DNA from: Actinomycetota bacterium
GTDB lineage: Bacteria > Actinomycetota > Humimicrobiia > Humimicrobiales > Humimicrobiaceae
DNA: 28,990 nt
Assembly: GCA_016932375.1 (NCBI GenBank)
Contig: JAFGDA010000114.1
Coordinates: 1 to 28,990, forward strand
Direction: 5' to 3'
Shown here: positions 19,395 through 28,947 of the stretch, one piece after another
Layout of the letters: every line of letters begins with the position of its first letter
Position numbering within the stretch: position 1 is the first letter of the stretch
Translations under genes and position numbers: made by a program
Notes under the pieces: model-generated
Seen by the model: the letters and a program-made list of their open reading frames with translations, nothing else
Told to the model about the DNA's origin: nothing
Databases searched by the model: none

Positions 19395-19423
19395 TTAAAT
19401 CCTGAAGGTATTATACTGTTATA

Positions 19424-20053
19424 TTAAAAGGTAACCCTTCTGAAAGACATGCGATGTATTTCACAGGGTCCGTTCCTTTTAAGGCTTGACAGGTGTCTTC
19501 CCGTACCGTACCCCTTATTATCATCAAATCCATATTCCGGATAGGTTGAAGAAGCCTCTTTCATCATCCGGTCTCTTGTAACTTTTGCCACTATTGAAGC
19601 AGCCGCTACAGAAACACTGTTACTGTCTCCATTTTCGATCGGTATGAAAACCGGATCAAGGCCATCGGTACTTGTAATAAAATCAGTTATCACAATATCA
19701 GGCTTTACCTTAAGGTTGCACGCTGCACGCTTAAAAGCCAGTATATTTGCTTTTGTTATTGAAAGCCTGTCTATCTCCTGCGGGGATACAAGGGCTGTTG
19801 CCCAGCATATGCAACAATCTAAAATCCTTTCAAATATCAGGTCCCTCATTTTTTCGGTAAGTTTCTTTGAATCATTGATATTTTCTATAAGGATTTTCTT
19901 CCTGTCCAGAATCACTGCAGCTGCCACAAGAGGACCTGCAAGAGAGCCCCTGCCCACTTCATCAACTCCTGCAACAATTTCACAGCCCTCTGTATATAGC
20001 TGGTCTTCAAGCCTGCATAGATTTTGGAGCCTTTTTATTTCCCTGAATTCCAT
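19424..20053 (-). CDS. rnhB: Ribonuclease HII
   Basis: 209 aa; AGVDEVGRGSLAGP, DSKKL, SVAAASIVAKVTRD, YGFDDNKGYGT, HRMSF. Confidence 0.97.
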   Translation of the reverse strand: MEFREIKRLQNLCRLEDQLYTEGCEIVAGVDEVGRGSLAGPLVAAAVILDRKKILIENINDSKKLTEKMRDLIFERILDCCICWATALVSPQEIDRLSITKANILAFKRAACNLKVKPDIVITDFITSTDGLDPVFIPIENGDSNSVSVAAASIVAKVTRDRMMKEASSTYPEYGFDDNKGYGTGRHLSSLKRNGPCEIHRMSFRRVTF

Positions 20054-20197
20054 CGCTTTTAGATTATTACTTTAGCAGGCTTGTGTAAATATTTTATTAT
20101 ATGCAGGATTATGATAATTATTGTAATAATTTAAATCTACAATGGAAAAGTAGCTTTTATGAAAAATTAATCCGTTAAAAATTCAATTTAATTGGAA

Positions 20198-20743
20198 TTA
20201 CCACCTGGAAGGAGGCCAGTAAACTACCAGCATTTCCCCAAAAACATCTTCCCCGGAAATCGTACCAAAAAAGCGGCTGTCAAAACTATTATTGCGGTTA
20301 TCCCCCATTACAAATATTTCATCCCTTCCCACATCAATAACCTGGTTGATATAGGTTATGTCCTGACTGGGCTGAAGATAATCTTCTTCAATCTTTTCGT
20401 CATTAACATACAATTCCCCCTCGCTGGTAAGGGTTATTCTGTCCCCTTCGATGCCGATTGCCCTTTTTACAAGGTCCTTACCTTCTTCCAGGGGCGACCT
20501 GAACGCAATTATATCACCCCTTTTTACCGGTCCGAACCTGTATGAAAGCTTATTTATTATTACCTTATCCCCAACCATCAGGGTTGGTTCCATTGAAGGG
20601 GTCGGCACTATAAATGGCTCAAGGATAAAGACTCTTATCAAAACAGCAAGAATCACAGCGCAAATTACTGCTATAAGATACCCTATTATCTCCTGCGCTA
20701 TGTTTTTTGTACCGGATTTTTCTTTTTTATCAGTTGAAGGCAT
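20198..20743 (-). CDS. lepB: Signal peptidase I
   Basis: 181 aa; a single N-terminal TM helix, catalytic Ser (PSMEPTL) and Lys (LVKRAIG), GDNRNNSFDSR. Confidence 0.96.
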   Translation of the reverse strand: MPSTDKKEKSGTKNIAQEIIGYLIAVICAVILAVLIRVFILEPFIVPTPSMEPTLMVGDKVIINKLSYRFGPVKRGDIIAFRSPLEEGKDLVKRAIGIEGDRITLTSEGELYVNDEKIEEDYLQPSQDITYINQVIDVGRDEIFVMGDNRNNSFDSRFFGTISGEDVFGEMLVVYWPPSRW

Positions 20744-20766
20744 TAAAATAATAAAAGAGTGCTTGT

Positions 20767-21108
20767 TTATTTTACCTTTATCCGTGCTTTTTTACCTGCC
20801 CTGTCCCTCAAATAGTAGAGCTTTGATCTCCTTACGATACCTTCGTTAACTCTCTCTATTGACTGGACTACCGGTGAATTGATAAGGAAAGTTCTTTCCA
20901 CTCCCACATTGTTAAAGGATATTTTCCTTACAGTAAATGCTTTGTTTATCCCGGAACCTTTTATGCTTATTACGATTCCTTCGAAGGTCTGTATCCTGTC
21001 CTTGTTCTCTTCACTTATTTTTATCTTTACCCTTACCTTGTCGCCGGACTTAAAATCCGGAAGGTCGGTCTTAAGATACCTGCTTTCAACTTTATCTATT
21101 TTATTCAT
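20767..21108 (-). CDS. rplS: 50S ribosomal protein L19
   Basis: 113 aa; PDFKSGDKVRV, RIQTFEGIVI, FTVRKIS, GVERTF, VRRSKLYYLR. Confidence 0.99.
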   Translation of the reverse strand: MNKIDKVESRYLKTDLPDFKSGDKVRVKIKISEENKDRIQTFEGIVISIKGSGINKAFTVRKISFNNVGVERTFLINSPVVQSIERVNEGIVRRSKLYYLRDRAGKKARIKVK

Positions 21109-21164
21109 ATTATCTCTCCATAATAAACATTTTAACCGGACAAACCAAATAAATATATATTAAC

Positions 21165-21863
21165 TTATATGTGTTTGTCAAATAGATCGGGCCTTCTTTT
21201 TCTTGTTATGTTCAGGGACTTCTCATTGCGCCATTTTGAAATTTCTTCGTGATTGCCTGAAAGAAGTACCCGGGGTACCGGATGTCCCCTGAAAACAGGG
21301 GGCCTGGTAAATTGTGGAAAATCAAGAACACTTTTTTCAAAAGACTCCGATTCAAGAGACTCCTCCCTGCCTACCACTCCGGGAAGGAGCCTTGTTATCC
21401 CTTCTATAAGGACCATTGCAGGCAGCTCGCCTCCCGTAAGTATATAATCACCGATAGATAATTCCATTTCAACTTGCATATCGATTATCCTCTGGTCAAC
21501 TCCTTCATATCTTCCACATATAAGGATCAGGTTATTATATGTAACCAGCTCTTTTAATATGGGCTGCTTCAGTTTCTCACCCTGCGGTGTAAGGAGTATT
21601 GTTTTCTGTTTATCTATGCCCGCTTTCCTGTTCTTTCTTTTTATGAATCTTAATGCATCATACAGGGGCTGGGGCATTAAAACCATACCCGGGCCTCCGC
21701 CATAAGGCCTGTCATCGACCTTCCTGTGCTTATCTTTCGAAAAATCCCTGAGGTCATAAACATTAAGAATGCACTTTTCTTCCTTGAAAGCATTTTTGGT
21801 TACTCCAAACCCGGTAATATTCTCAAACATTTTTGGAAATATTGTTATGACATCTATTATCAT
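21165..21863 (-). CDS. trmD: tRNA (guanine-N1)-methyltransferase
   Basis: VDDRPYGGGPGMVL, LICGRYEGVDQR, SIGDYILTGGELPAM. Probable ATG at 21863 (MIIDVITIFP); the ORF is open to 21878. Confidence 0.98.
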   Translation of the reverse strand: MIIDVITIFPKMFENITGFGVTKNAFKEEKCILNVYDLRDFSKDKHRKVDDRPYGGGPGMVLMPQPLYDALRFIKRKNRKAGIDKQKTILLTPQGEKLKQPILKELVTYNNLILICGRYEGVDQRIIDMQVEMELSIGDYILTGGELPAMVLIEGITRLLPGVVGREESLESESFEKSVLDFPQFTRPPVFRGHPVPRVLLSGNHEEISKWRNEKSLNITRKRRPDLFDKHI

Positions 21864-21945
21864 GTTTTTAACAGGCAAGGTTGTTTCAAATAACTATTTA
21901 TATAGCCGGATCCAGCTTTTTAAAGGACCCCCTCTAATTATGCTT

Positions 21946-22500
21946 TTAAATGAATTCGGGAATCCTTGAAAGTATTATTTTTTTTTCATCCGTATCTATA
22001 TGTTTTATATAATCAGATATAAGTGGAACAAAAAAAATATCCCCGCTTACCCCTTTTATATCAATATCGCTGGTGATTTTTTTTACTTTTATATTTGAAT
22101 TTGATGCAAGGTTTTCTAATCCAATTACTTTTCCAAGCGCTATTCCTTCGCTGCTGTACACCATGCAGCCCTCAAGATCGTCTGACCAGTACTGCCCTTT
22201 TTCAAGAGGAGGAACATCTTCCGGTTTTCTGTAAAGATAACGGCCCTTAAGGGATTCTGCCTGGGTTCTGGTGATTGTTCCAATAAATTTTATGATGGCT
22301 GTTTTCCTGTTGCCACTTCCACTGTAACGTATGCTCTCTACATGCAGCTCGCTCGTGCAACCTTCATCCATGAAAAGACTGCTGCCCCTGTAAATAGTTT
22401 TGGGATAATCCGTAAGCAGCCTGACAATCAATTCACCCTTTATGCCGTGCGCCTTACAGATTATCCCAACCAATCTTGCATCTACATTTTCAACAGACAT
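21946..22500 (-). CDS. rimM: Ribosome maturation factor RimM
   Basis: 184 aa; GIICKAHGIKGEL, AESLKG, YWSDDLEGCMV, PRC-barrel C-terminus; rpsP-KH-rimM-trmD-rplS order. Confidence 0.93.
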   Translation of the reverse strand: MSVENVDARLVGIICKAHGIKGELIVRLLTDYPKTIYRGSSLFMDEGCTSELHVESIRYSGSGNRKTAIIKFIGTITRTQAESLKGRYLYRKPEDVPPLEKGQYWSDDLEGCMVYSSEGIALGKVIGLENLASNSNIKVKKITSDIDIKGVSGDIFFVPLISDYIKHIDTDEKKIILSRIPEFI

Positions 22501-22561
22501 TTGCTTAAATTATTTCAACAAAACCCGTCTCTGGACGATCAAAGACTCCATTATATAAAAA

Positions 22562-22795
22562 CTAATCCATAATCTTTACTATCGAAGATTTACCCCTTTT
22601 AGCAGATGCGGCCCTCATAACAACCCTTAAAGCATTTGCAGTCCGGCCCTTTTTACCAATAACCTTACCCAGATCCTCCTCGGCAACTTTCAGCTTGAAA
22701 ATTACAGTTTTTTCATCTTCTTCTTCTTCGGTAATTTCTACATTATCCGGACTGTCAACCAGTTCCTTCACCATATACTCGAGCAGTTCTTTCAC
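22562..22795 (-). CDS. khpA: KH-domain RNA-binding protein (KhpA/YlqC)
   Basis: KELLEYMVKELVDSPDNV, EDLGKVIGKKGRTANALR (GxxG loop). GTG at 22795 is preferred because GGAGGT abuts the ATG at 22801. Confidence 0.95.
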   Translation of the reverse strand: MKELLEYMVKELVDSPDNVEITEEEEDEKTVIFKLKVAEEDLGKVIGKKGRTANALRVVMRAASAKRGKSSIVKIMD

Positions 22796-22825
22796 TTCCA
22801 TACCTCCAGGTTTAATTTGTTATAA

Positions 22826-23071
22826 CTACACCTTTAATTCAACAATATCAAATAATTTCTGTACCGTATTTGTAGGTTTGGCCCCTTTTTTAACCCATTC
22901 AACAGCTCTTTCCTTATCGATTACGATTTTCGAAGGATCCGTCTTGGGATCATATGTTCCTATTTTGTCAATGAACTTTCCGTCTCTTGGTGACCTGCTG
23001 TCCGCTACTACAATTCTGTAATAGGGCTGCTTCCTGGAACCTATTCTGGTCAATCTTATCTTTACGCTCAA
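22826..23071 (-). CDS. rpsP: 30S ribosomal protein S16
   Basis: [44 protein letters not shown] at 23071 follows a GGAGG SD; the ORF is open to 23101. Confidence 0.99.
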   Translation of the reverse strand: MSVKIRLTRIGSRKQPYYRIVVADSRSPRDGKFIDKIGTYDPKTDPSKIVIDKERAVEWVKKGAKPTNTVQKLFDIVELKV

Positions 23072-23115
23072 TCCAGTAACCTCCAACTCCAAAATATTCA
23101 TTTTATGTTCTAAAT

Positions 23116-23143
23116 ATTATATATGTTTATGGAAAACTTGCAA
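23116..23143 (-). promoter_or_regulatory. Sigma70-type promoter of the rpsP operon
   Basis: TTGCAA (23143-23138), 16 nt, TATAAT (23121-23116). Confidence 0.65.
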
Positions 23144-23212
23144 AATTTTTTTTACAAACAGTTCCCAACCAGATTATTTATAAATTTATTTTCCCTGACA
23201 TTTTTATCAAAT

Positions 23213-24544
23213 CTACCAGAATTTACCAAACGGCAGGCTGGCCTTACCTTTCATTGAAGAGAATTGCCTGAGCATCTGCCTGGTTTTTGAAAACTGCTGT
23301 AGCAGTTTATTTATTTCCGATACCGGATTCCCGCTGCCTTTTGCGATCCTCTTTTTTCGGCTCCCGTTTATAATATGGGGTTTTTTCCTTTCCGCCGGGG
23401 TCATCGAATTTATGATAGCTTCCATCCTGTCCAGGTATGATTCGTCAAAATTGATATTCTTGAGTATCCTGCCTTTATTTGGTATGGGCAGCATTGAAAA
23501 TATTTTTTCCATGGAACCCATTTTCCTCAGGCCCCTCAACTGTTCTATAAAATCATCAAGGTTGATTTCATCACGGTATATTTTCTCTTCAAGCTCCATT
23601 GCCCTTTTTTCGTCGATTACCTTCTGCGCTTTTTCTATAAGTGTTAATGTATCCCCCTGGCCAAGTATCCTTGAAGCAATCCTTTCCGGGTGGAATATAT
23701 CGAAATCTTCTATCTTTTCACCGCTTGAAACAAACTTAATGGGCTTTTTAACAACATAATATACCGAGAGGGCCGCGCCGCCCCTCGTGTCGCTGTCAAG
23801 CTTTGTTAGTATCAACCCGTCACATTCAACCCTTTTATTGAAAGCCGATGCAATATTGACTGCCTCCTGTCCTGTCATGGCATCAAGCACGAGATATACC
23901 TGATGGGGCTTTACCGCTTTCCTGATATTTTCCACCTCAAGCATCATATTTTCATCTATATGCAGCCTGCCCGCAGTGTCGATTATTATTGCATCCCTGC
24001 CATCCCGCGTGAATTTTTCTACACCTTTCCTGGATATTGAAACAGGATCCATGCTTTTTTCGGAATATACATCCACACCTATTTTTCCCGCCATATCCAT
24101 AAGCTGGAGTACCGCAGCCGGCCTGTACACATCAGCTGCAACAAGCGCTACTGATTTACCAAACCTGCTTTTAATAAAATTTGCCAGTTTTATTACTGAC
24201 GATGTCTTGCCTGTGCCCTGAAGTCCTACCATCATAAATATCGTGGGCCCCCCTGATGAAAAATTTACACTTCCTTCGCTGCTCCCCAGCATCCTTGTCA
24301 TCTCATCATTCACGATCTTTATAACCTGCTGGTAAGGCGTCAGGCTTTCCATCACTTCTTTTCCAAGGGCCCTCTCTTTTAAATTTCCCAGGAATTCCTT
24401 TACAACCTTGAAGTTTACGTCTGCTTCAAGAAGTGCAAGTTTTATTTCCCTTAAGGCAGCATCAAGGTCTGAAGGACTCAGTTTTCCCTTGTTTCTTATC
24501 CTGAAAAAAAGATCTTCAAATTTTCCTGTCAACTGTTCAAACAT
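23213..24544 (-). CDS. ffh: Signal recognition particle protein Ffh
   Basis: 443 aa; ALLEADVNF, GLQGTGKT, DVYRPAA, DTAGRLH, TKLDSDTRGGAALS, M domain with INGSRKKRIAKGSG. Confidence 0.99.
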   Translation of the reverse strand: MFEQLTGKFEDLFFRIRNKGKLSPSDLDAALREIKLALLEADVNFKVVKEFLGNLKERALGKEVMESLTPYQQVIKIVNDEMTRMLGSSEGSVNFSSGGPTIFMMVGLQGTGKTSSVIKLANFIKSRFGKSVALVAADVYRPAAVLQLMDMAGKIGVDVYSEKSMDPVSISRKGVEKFTRDGRDAIIIDTAGRLHIDENMMLEVENIRKAVKPHQVYLVLDAMTGQEAVNIASAFNKRVECDGLILTKLDSDTRGGAALSVYYVVKKPIKFVSSGEKIEDFDIFHPERIASRILGQGDTLTLIEKAQKVIDEKRAMELEEKIYRDEINLDDFIEQLRGLRKMGSMEKIFSMLPIPNKGRILKNINFDESYLDRMEAIINSMTPAERKKPHIINGSRKKRIAKGSGNPVSEINKLLQQFSKTRQMLRQFSSMKGKASLPFGKFW

Positions 24545-24564
24545 CTGTTATCCTTCTTTTTTTG

Positions 24565-25431
24565 TCAGGTAAAAATTGCACCTGTATATTTTTCCGGATC
24601 AAATAAATCAATATTTTCAATTTTTTCACCATTTGTCACCAGTTTTACGGGTATCTGGAGTTCGTTTTTTATAGTGAGGACTATCCCTCCCTTTGAGGTT
24701 CCGTCAGTCTTCGTCAGTATTACCCCTGTAAGGCCTATGGCCCTGTGAAACACCTCCGCCTGATGCCTGGCATTCTGTCCGGTAGTTGAATCTATGACTA
24801 TCAATATTTCATCGGGGTCCCTGTCAAGTTTTTTAAATACCACCCTTTTTATCTTTTTAAGTTCCTCCATCAGGTTAAAGGAAGTCTGCATCCGTCCGGC
24901 AGTATCAATTATTAATACATCCGACCTTCTGGCAAGAGCCTTATCAAGGGAATCGTATACTACCGCGCCCGGATCCGAAAGCTTCTGGTGATGTACCACC
25001 TCTATCCCTAATCTTTCACCGTAATGTTGCAACTGTTCCGTAGCTGCTGACCTGTAGGTGTCAGCGGCTGCCATGACCACATTTTTACCCTGCTTTTTTA
25101 GCATTGCTGCAAGTTTTGCTATCGCAGATGTCTTTCCAACTCCATTCACCCCGACTATCAGGTAAACAGAAGGGGGATTCCCGGAAAATTTGAGCTTTTC
25201 ATTTATTCCGCAATTAAGTATTTTTATAATTTCTTTCTTCAAGAGGTCCCTTATTATTCCGGTATCATTAATATTGTTGCTGTAAGCATACTCCCGTATG
25301 TTGCTGATTATCATATCCGCAGTATCCACGCTTACATCACTCGATATCAGCTGCTCCTCCAGCTCTTCCCAGAACTGGCTATTGCTTTTTTTGAATTTGT
25401 TCCATAAAAGGTTCAGGTTTTTAAACAACAT
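24565..25431 (-). CDS. ftsY: SRP receptor FtsY (NG domain only)
   Basis: GVNGVGKT, AAADTYRSAA, DTAGRMQ, DSTTGQNA, TKTDGTSKGG. Probable ATG at 25431 overlaps the smc end; the ORF is open to 25440. Confidence 0.97.
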   Translation of the reverse strand: MLFKNLNLLWNKFKKSNSQFWEELEEQLISSDVSVDTADMIISNIREYAYSNNINDTGIIRDLLKKEIIKILNCGINEKLKFSGNPPSVYLIVGVNGVGKTSAIAKLAAMLKKQGKNVVMAAADTYRSAATEQLQHYGERLGIEVVHHQKLSDPGAVVYDSLDKALARRSDVLIIDTAGRMQTSFNLMEELKKIKRVVFKKLDRDPDEILIVIDSTTGQNARHQAEVFHRAIGLTGVILTKTDGTSKGGIVLTIKNELQIPVKLVTNGEKIENIDLFDPEKYTGAIFT

Positions 25432-27808
25432 CTGCATCACTTATCCGTTCCATAATATCATTATTGCCCTGGCCTCCTGTCTTTACTGAGCCATTTGCGC
25501 CTATCTTCTCGGACACCACCTTGGAAATACCATCAGACTGCATTGATACCCCGTAGATTGTATCCGCAATCTCCATTGTCCTTTTCTGGTGGGTGATTAT
25601 TATAATCTGTTGTTTTTCCGAAAACTTTTTTACGAGGCTTAAAAACCTGTTTATATTCGCATCATCGAGTGCTGCATCGACCTCATCAAAAACATAAAAG
25701 GGGGAAGTTTTTGTTGAAAATACCGAGAAAAGGAACGCGAGGGAAACAAGTGATTTCTCCCCACCTGAAAGCAGTGAAAGCGGCACCAGCTTGCTGTTTC
25801 CAATATCAGCTTTAAGTTCCACTCCCAGGTCTTCATCATCATCATGGTTGCTGTTTGTCCTGTCCAGGTACATCTCACCTTCTCCAAAAGGAAAAAGAAT
25901 CTTGAAGTACTGCCTGAAACTTTCATTTATAACATCAAAATTTTTCAGGAATATATCGCTTATCTTTTTATTCATCTCCATTATCAGTTCCTGGAGCCCT
26001 TTCCTGCTTTCCACCAGGTCCAACTTCTGGCTATCAAGAAAATCATACCGTTGCCTGATTTTCTTATATTCCTGGGCAGCGTTCGGGTTTACTGCGCCCA
26101 GATTCCTCAACCTTACTTTTAGCTGTCTTGCCTTTTCCTCGGATTCCGCCATATTGATACTTGGTTTATAAATTTTCCCCGCATACTCTATTGAAATATT
26201 ATAATTGTCTATAATATTTGCAGTAATTTCCCTGACCTTTTCCCTGATCTGCTCTCTCTGGAGGTCCGATTTGTACAAATTGCCTTCAAGTCCTGTTTTT
26301 TCAAGGTTAAGCTGGTTCAATTTATCATTGCAGCTGTCTATCATCTCACGGTCACCCGATATAAGATTTTTTCTTCTTTCAAATTCAGGATCCAGCCTTG
26401 TTTTAATTCTTCCTGAAAAGTTATAATAAATTTTCAATATTTCAACTGCCCGTTTTGAATGCTTCAGGTTTGTTTTACATAGCTCCCTCAATATCCCGGT
26501 TTTTTCAATCCTTCTTCTATATCTTTCCTTCTTGTCTTCGGCCAGTCTCAAAGCTTTCGCCCTAACTTCTTTTAGTTTTTCAGCCCCGTTTATTTTTTCC
26601 CTGTTATCTATATCTACAAACAGTTCCCTTATTCTTGATGTAATTACCGATGCATCATCCTCCAGCTCCCCTACCTGTTCCTGCTGGATTGGCAGTTTTT
26701 TTATCTTTAAAATGAATTTAAGGAATAATTCCTCAACTGCTGAAAGCTTTTCGAGTAATCCGGCCAGGAATGAATGGCTAAATTTTGCTACATTTTCCAG
26801 ATTGCTTCCCGGATCTTCTTCGTCCCGTGAACTGTTCCTTATTTCCAGATCGAACATGTTGTATAAAGTTGAAAAAACATTCCTCTTGCTATCAATTAAA
26901 GCGATAATATTTTCCAGCCTGTTCCGGTCGCCCTCAAACATCTCAATCCTGCTGCGCCATAATTCAAAATCCGCCTGCTTGCTCCCGATATTTTTTATGA
27001 TGTCGCTTTTTTCTTTTTCAACTTCAACTATCCTGTCGCTTACTTCCTGAAGCCTGGATTTGTACTTTCCATAATTTTCCTTATGCCTGTCCCATTCATT
27101 GTTGAGCATATTAAGTCTTGCAAGAGCAAGTGAAACTTCATGGTTTTTGAGTTCATTTGCAGCGTCTGCATACCTGCGGGCTTTTTCAGCCTCTATTTTC
27201 AGGGGATCCATGGTCCGCTTTATTTCACCCATAAGATCTTCAAGCCGGAATATATCTTCTTTAACCTTTTCAAGTTTTGAAAGTGTTCTTTTCCTGCGGT
27301 CCTTGTGTTTCGATATACCCAGCACCTCGTCAATGACTATCTTTCTTTCTTCCGGCTTTAACAGCGCAATCTCGTTTATCTGCCCCTGGTTTATTATTAC
27401 ATGAAGACCCTTGCCTATTCCGCTGTCAGCTATAAGTTCCTGCAGGTCCATAAGCCTGCACGGGGAAGAATTTATAAAATAATCACTTCCTCCTTCACTG
27501 TAAACCCTCCTGGTTATACGGACATCCTTAAATTCGAGATCGAACAGGCGGTCCGAATTATCAAAAAGCAGTGATACCTCGGCAATCCCCATTTCCTCTT
27601 TTTTACTCCTGAATATGACATCCCCCATGGTATTGCCCCTTAAGGATTTAGGGCTCTGTTCTCCAAGTACCCAGGATATGGCATCTGCTACATTGCTCTT
27701 ACCACTTCCGTTGGGACCAACTATGACACTTATCCCGGGCTCAAATATGAGCTGGCATTTGTTTGCAAATGATTTAAAACCCCGGAGAGTTATATTTTTT
27801 AGGTACAA
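25421..27808 (-). CDS. smc: Chromosome segregation SMC-family ATPase, short (795 aa), no recognisable hinge
   Basis: GFKSFA, Walker A GPNGSGKS (aa31-38), KSLRG, Q-loop (Q141), LGAVN joint motif (aa570-574), signature LSGGE (aa680-684), Walker B/D-loop FDEVDAALD, H-loop ITH; located between rnc and ftsY. Confidence 0.93.
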   Translation of the reverse strand: MYLKNITLRGFKSFANKCQLIFEPGISVIVGPNGSGKSNVADAISWVLGEQSPKSLRGNTMGDVIFRSKKEEMGIAEVSLLFDNSDRLFDLEFKDVRITRRVYSEGGSDYFINSSPCRLMDLQELIADSGIGKGLHVIINQGQINEIALLKPEERKIVIDEVLGISKHKDRRKRTLSKLEKVKEDIFRLEDLMGEIKRTMDPLKIEAEKARRYADAANELKNHEVSLALARLNMLNNEWDRHKENYGKYKSRLQEVSDRIVEVEKEKSDIIKNIGSKQADFELWRSRIEMFEGDRNRLENIIALIDSKRNVFSTLYNMFDLEIRNSSRDEEDPGSNLENVAKFSHSFLAGLLEKLSAVEELFLKFILKIKKLPIQQEQVGELEDDASVITSRIRELFVDIDNREKINGAEKLKEVRAKALRLAEDKKERYRRRIEKTGILRELCKTNLKHSKRAVEILKIYYNFSGRIKTRLDPEFERRKNLISGDREMIDSCNDKLNQLNLEKTGLEGNLYKSDLQREQIREKVREITANIIDNYNISIEYAGKIYKPSINMAESEEKARQLKVRLRNLGAVNPNAAQEYKKIRQRYDFLDSQKLDLVESRKGLQELIMEMNKKISDIFLKNFDVINESFRQYFKILFPFGEGEMYLDRTNSNHDDDEDLGVELKADIGNSKLVPLSLLSGGEKSLVSLAFLFSVFSTKTSPFYVFDEVDAALDDANINRFLSLVKKFSEKQQIIIITHQKRTMEIADTIYGVSMQSDGISKVVSEKIGANGSVKTGGQGNNDIMERISDADVV

Positions 27809-27832
27809 TTTAACTACCAGTCCTGAAAAAAA

Positions 27833-28549
27833 TCATAAATCAAGATTATAAAGAGACTTTAAAGTATCTTTTGCGGCTTTTTGTTCAGACTCCTTCTTGC
27901 TGGAGCCCTTTCCCCTTCCTGCAATCTTATCATCTATCATGACTACCGAATGAAAAGTCCTGTCATGATCGGGTCCCTCCACTTTTACCACCTTATAGTG
28001 GGCCAGCTTGGAAAAGTCAGCCTGTATTGATTCCTGTAGATAGGTCTTGTAATCGGATATCCGGGGGGTGCTAACATTTTTTTCAATTTTTTCTTCATAG
28101 TGTTTTAGTACCCAGGCTGTCGTAAATTTTATGCCCATATCTATGTATATGGCTCCTATAAAGGCTTCCATGCCATCTGCAAGGATCGAATCCTTCTCCC
28201 TTCCATCACAGGCCTCTTCATTTTCACTTAACAGTATTTCAAGGTTCAGTCCGATATTCCTTGCTATTTTAGAAAGGGTGTCCCTGTTTACAAGTATTGC
28301 CCTTATCTTGGCCAACCTTCCTTCAGTAAAATGGCTGAAATTTTTATAGAGATAGGAAGTTATTATAAAAGATAGTACGCTATCCCCAAGAAACTCCAGT
28401 TGTTCATTTCCACGGGATTGCACATTTATCTGGCGGGCAAATGAACGATGGGTCAGCGCCTGGATATATGTTTTGAGGTCATTAGCCTCGATACCCAGTC
28501 CGGAAAGCCATTCCCTTACCCGTCTCCTGAGTACTCCCTCATCACTCAT
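27833..28549 (-). CDS. rnc: Ribonuclease III
   Basis: 238 aa; ALTHRSF, signature NEQLEFLGDSVL, ADGMEAFIGAIY, dsRBD (DYKTYLQE...GKGSSKKESEQKAA). Confidence 0.98.
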   Translation of the reverse strand: MSDEGVLRRRVREWLSGLGIEANDLKTYIQALTHRSFARQINVQSRGNEQLEFLGDSVLSFIITSYLYKNFSHFTEGRLAKIRAILVNRDTLSKIARNIGLNLEILLSENEEACDGREKDSILADGMEAFIGAIYIDMGIKFTTAWVLKHYEEKIEKNVSTPRISDYKTYLQESIQADFSKLAHYKVVKVEGPDHDRTFHSVVMIDDKIAGRGKGSSKKESEQKAAKDTLKSLYNLDL

Positions 28550-28710
28550 CTGTAAAAACCGCCACCCTGTATTCCCTGTTTATAAACAAATACCATCAAT
28601 AAGCCATGGCCAGCCAGAAAAAACCTAACCAGATTTTACGTTTTTTAATTATCTGCCTGCTGATTATATTTCTTCCATTCAAATCAAGCAGCAACAGAAA
28701 TTATTATAAA

Positions 28711-28947
28711 CTATGCAGTATGGGAATCTATATAGTCAAGTGCATCTTTAACAGTTACCATTTTTTCTGCATCTTCGTCGCTTATTTCCATTCCAAACTT
28801 GTCTTCAAAAGCCATAATAAGTTCTACCAGATCAAGAGAGTCTGCACCAAGGTCGTCAACAAACTTGCTTTCCGGTTTAATATCATCTTCGTTTACCCCA
28901 AGAACTTCTACAAGTACTTCTTTTAACTTATCAAAATTTTCCATCAT
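28711..28947 (-). CDS. acpP: Acyl carrier protein
   Basis: 78 aa, acidic; [13 protein letters not shown] phosphopantetheine site; upstream of rnc. Confidence 0.98.
   Translation of the reverse strand: MMENFDKLKEVLVEVLGVNEDDIKPESKFVDDLGADSLDLVELIMAFEDKFGMEISDEDAEKMVTVKDALDYIDSHTA

Noticed and set aside
20116-20131. AT-only inverted repeat AATTATT-GT-AATAATT upstream of rnhB
   Set aside because: Expected by chance in a very AT-rich spacer; no second copy or recognisable operator.
24565-25431. Short FtsY lacking the acidic A domain
   Set aside because: NG-only FtsY with an N-terminal amphipathic helix is common.
25651-25926. Alternative-frame minus-strand ORFs nested in smc (also in ispG 9129-9323, dprA 16607-16801 and comM 17510-17755)
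   Set aside because: Short, out of frame within conserved genes, with no SD or motifs and no sign of a frameshift in the host gene.
25421-27808. smc as a pseudogene or as RecN/SbcC/Rad50
   Set aside because: The frame and all catalytic motifs are intact, Smc-specific motifs (GFKSFA, KSLRG, LGxVN) and rnc-ftsY synteny are present, and there is no CxxC hook.
28577-28588. Perfect 12-bp palindrome TGTTTATAAACA upstream of rnc
   Set aside because: Single AT-rich occurrence; it does not match parS or any operator I recognise.
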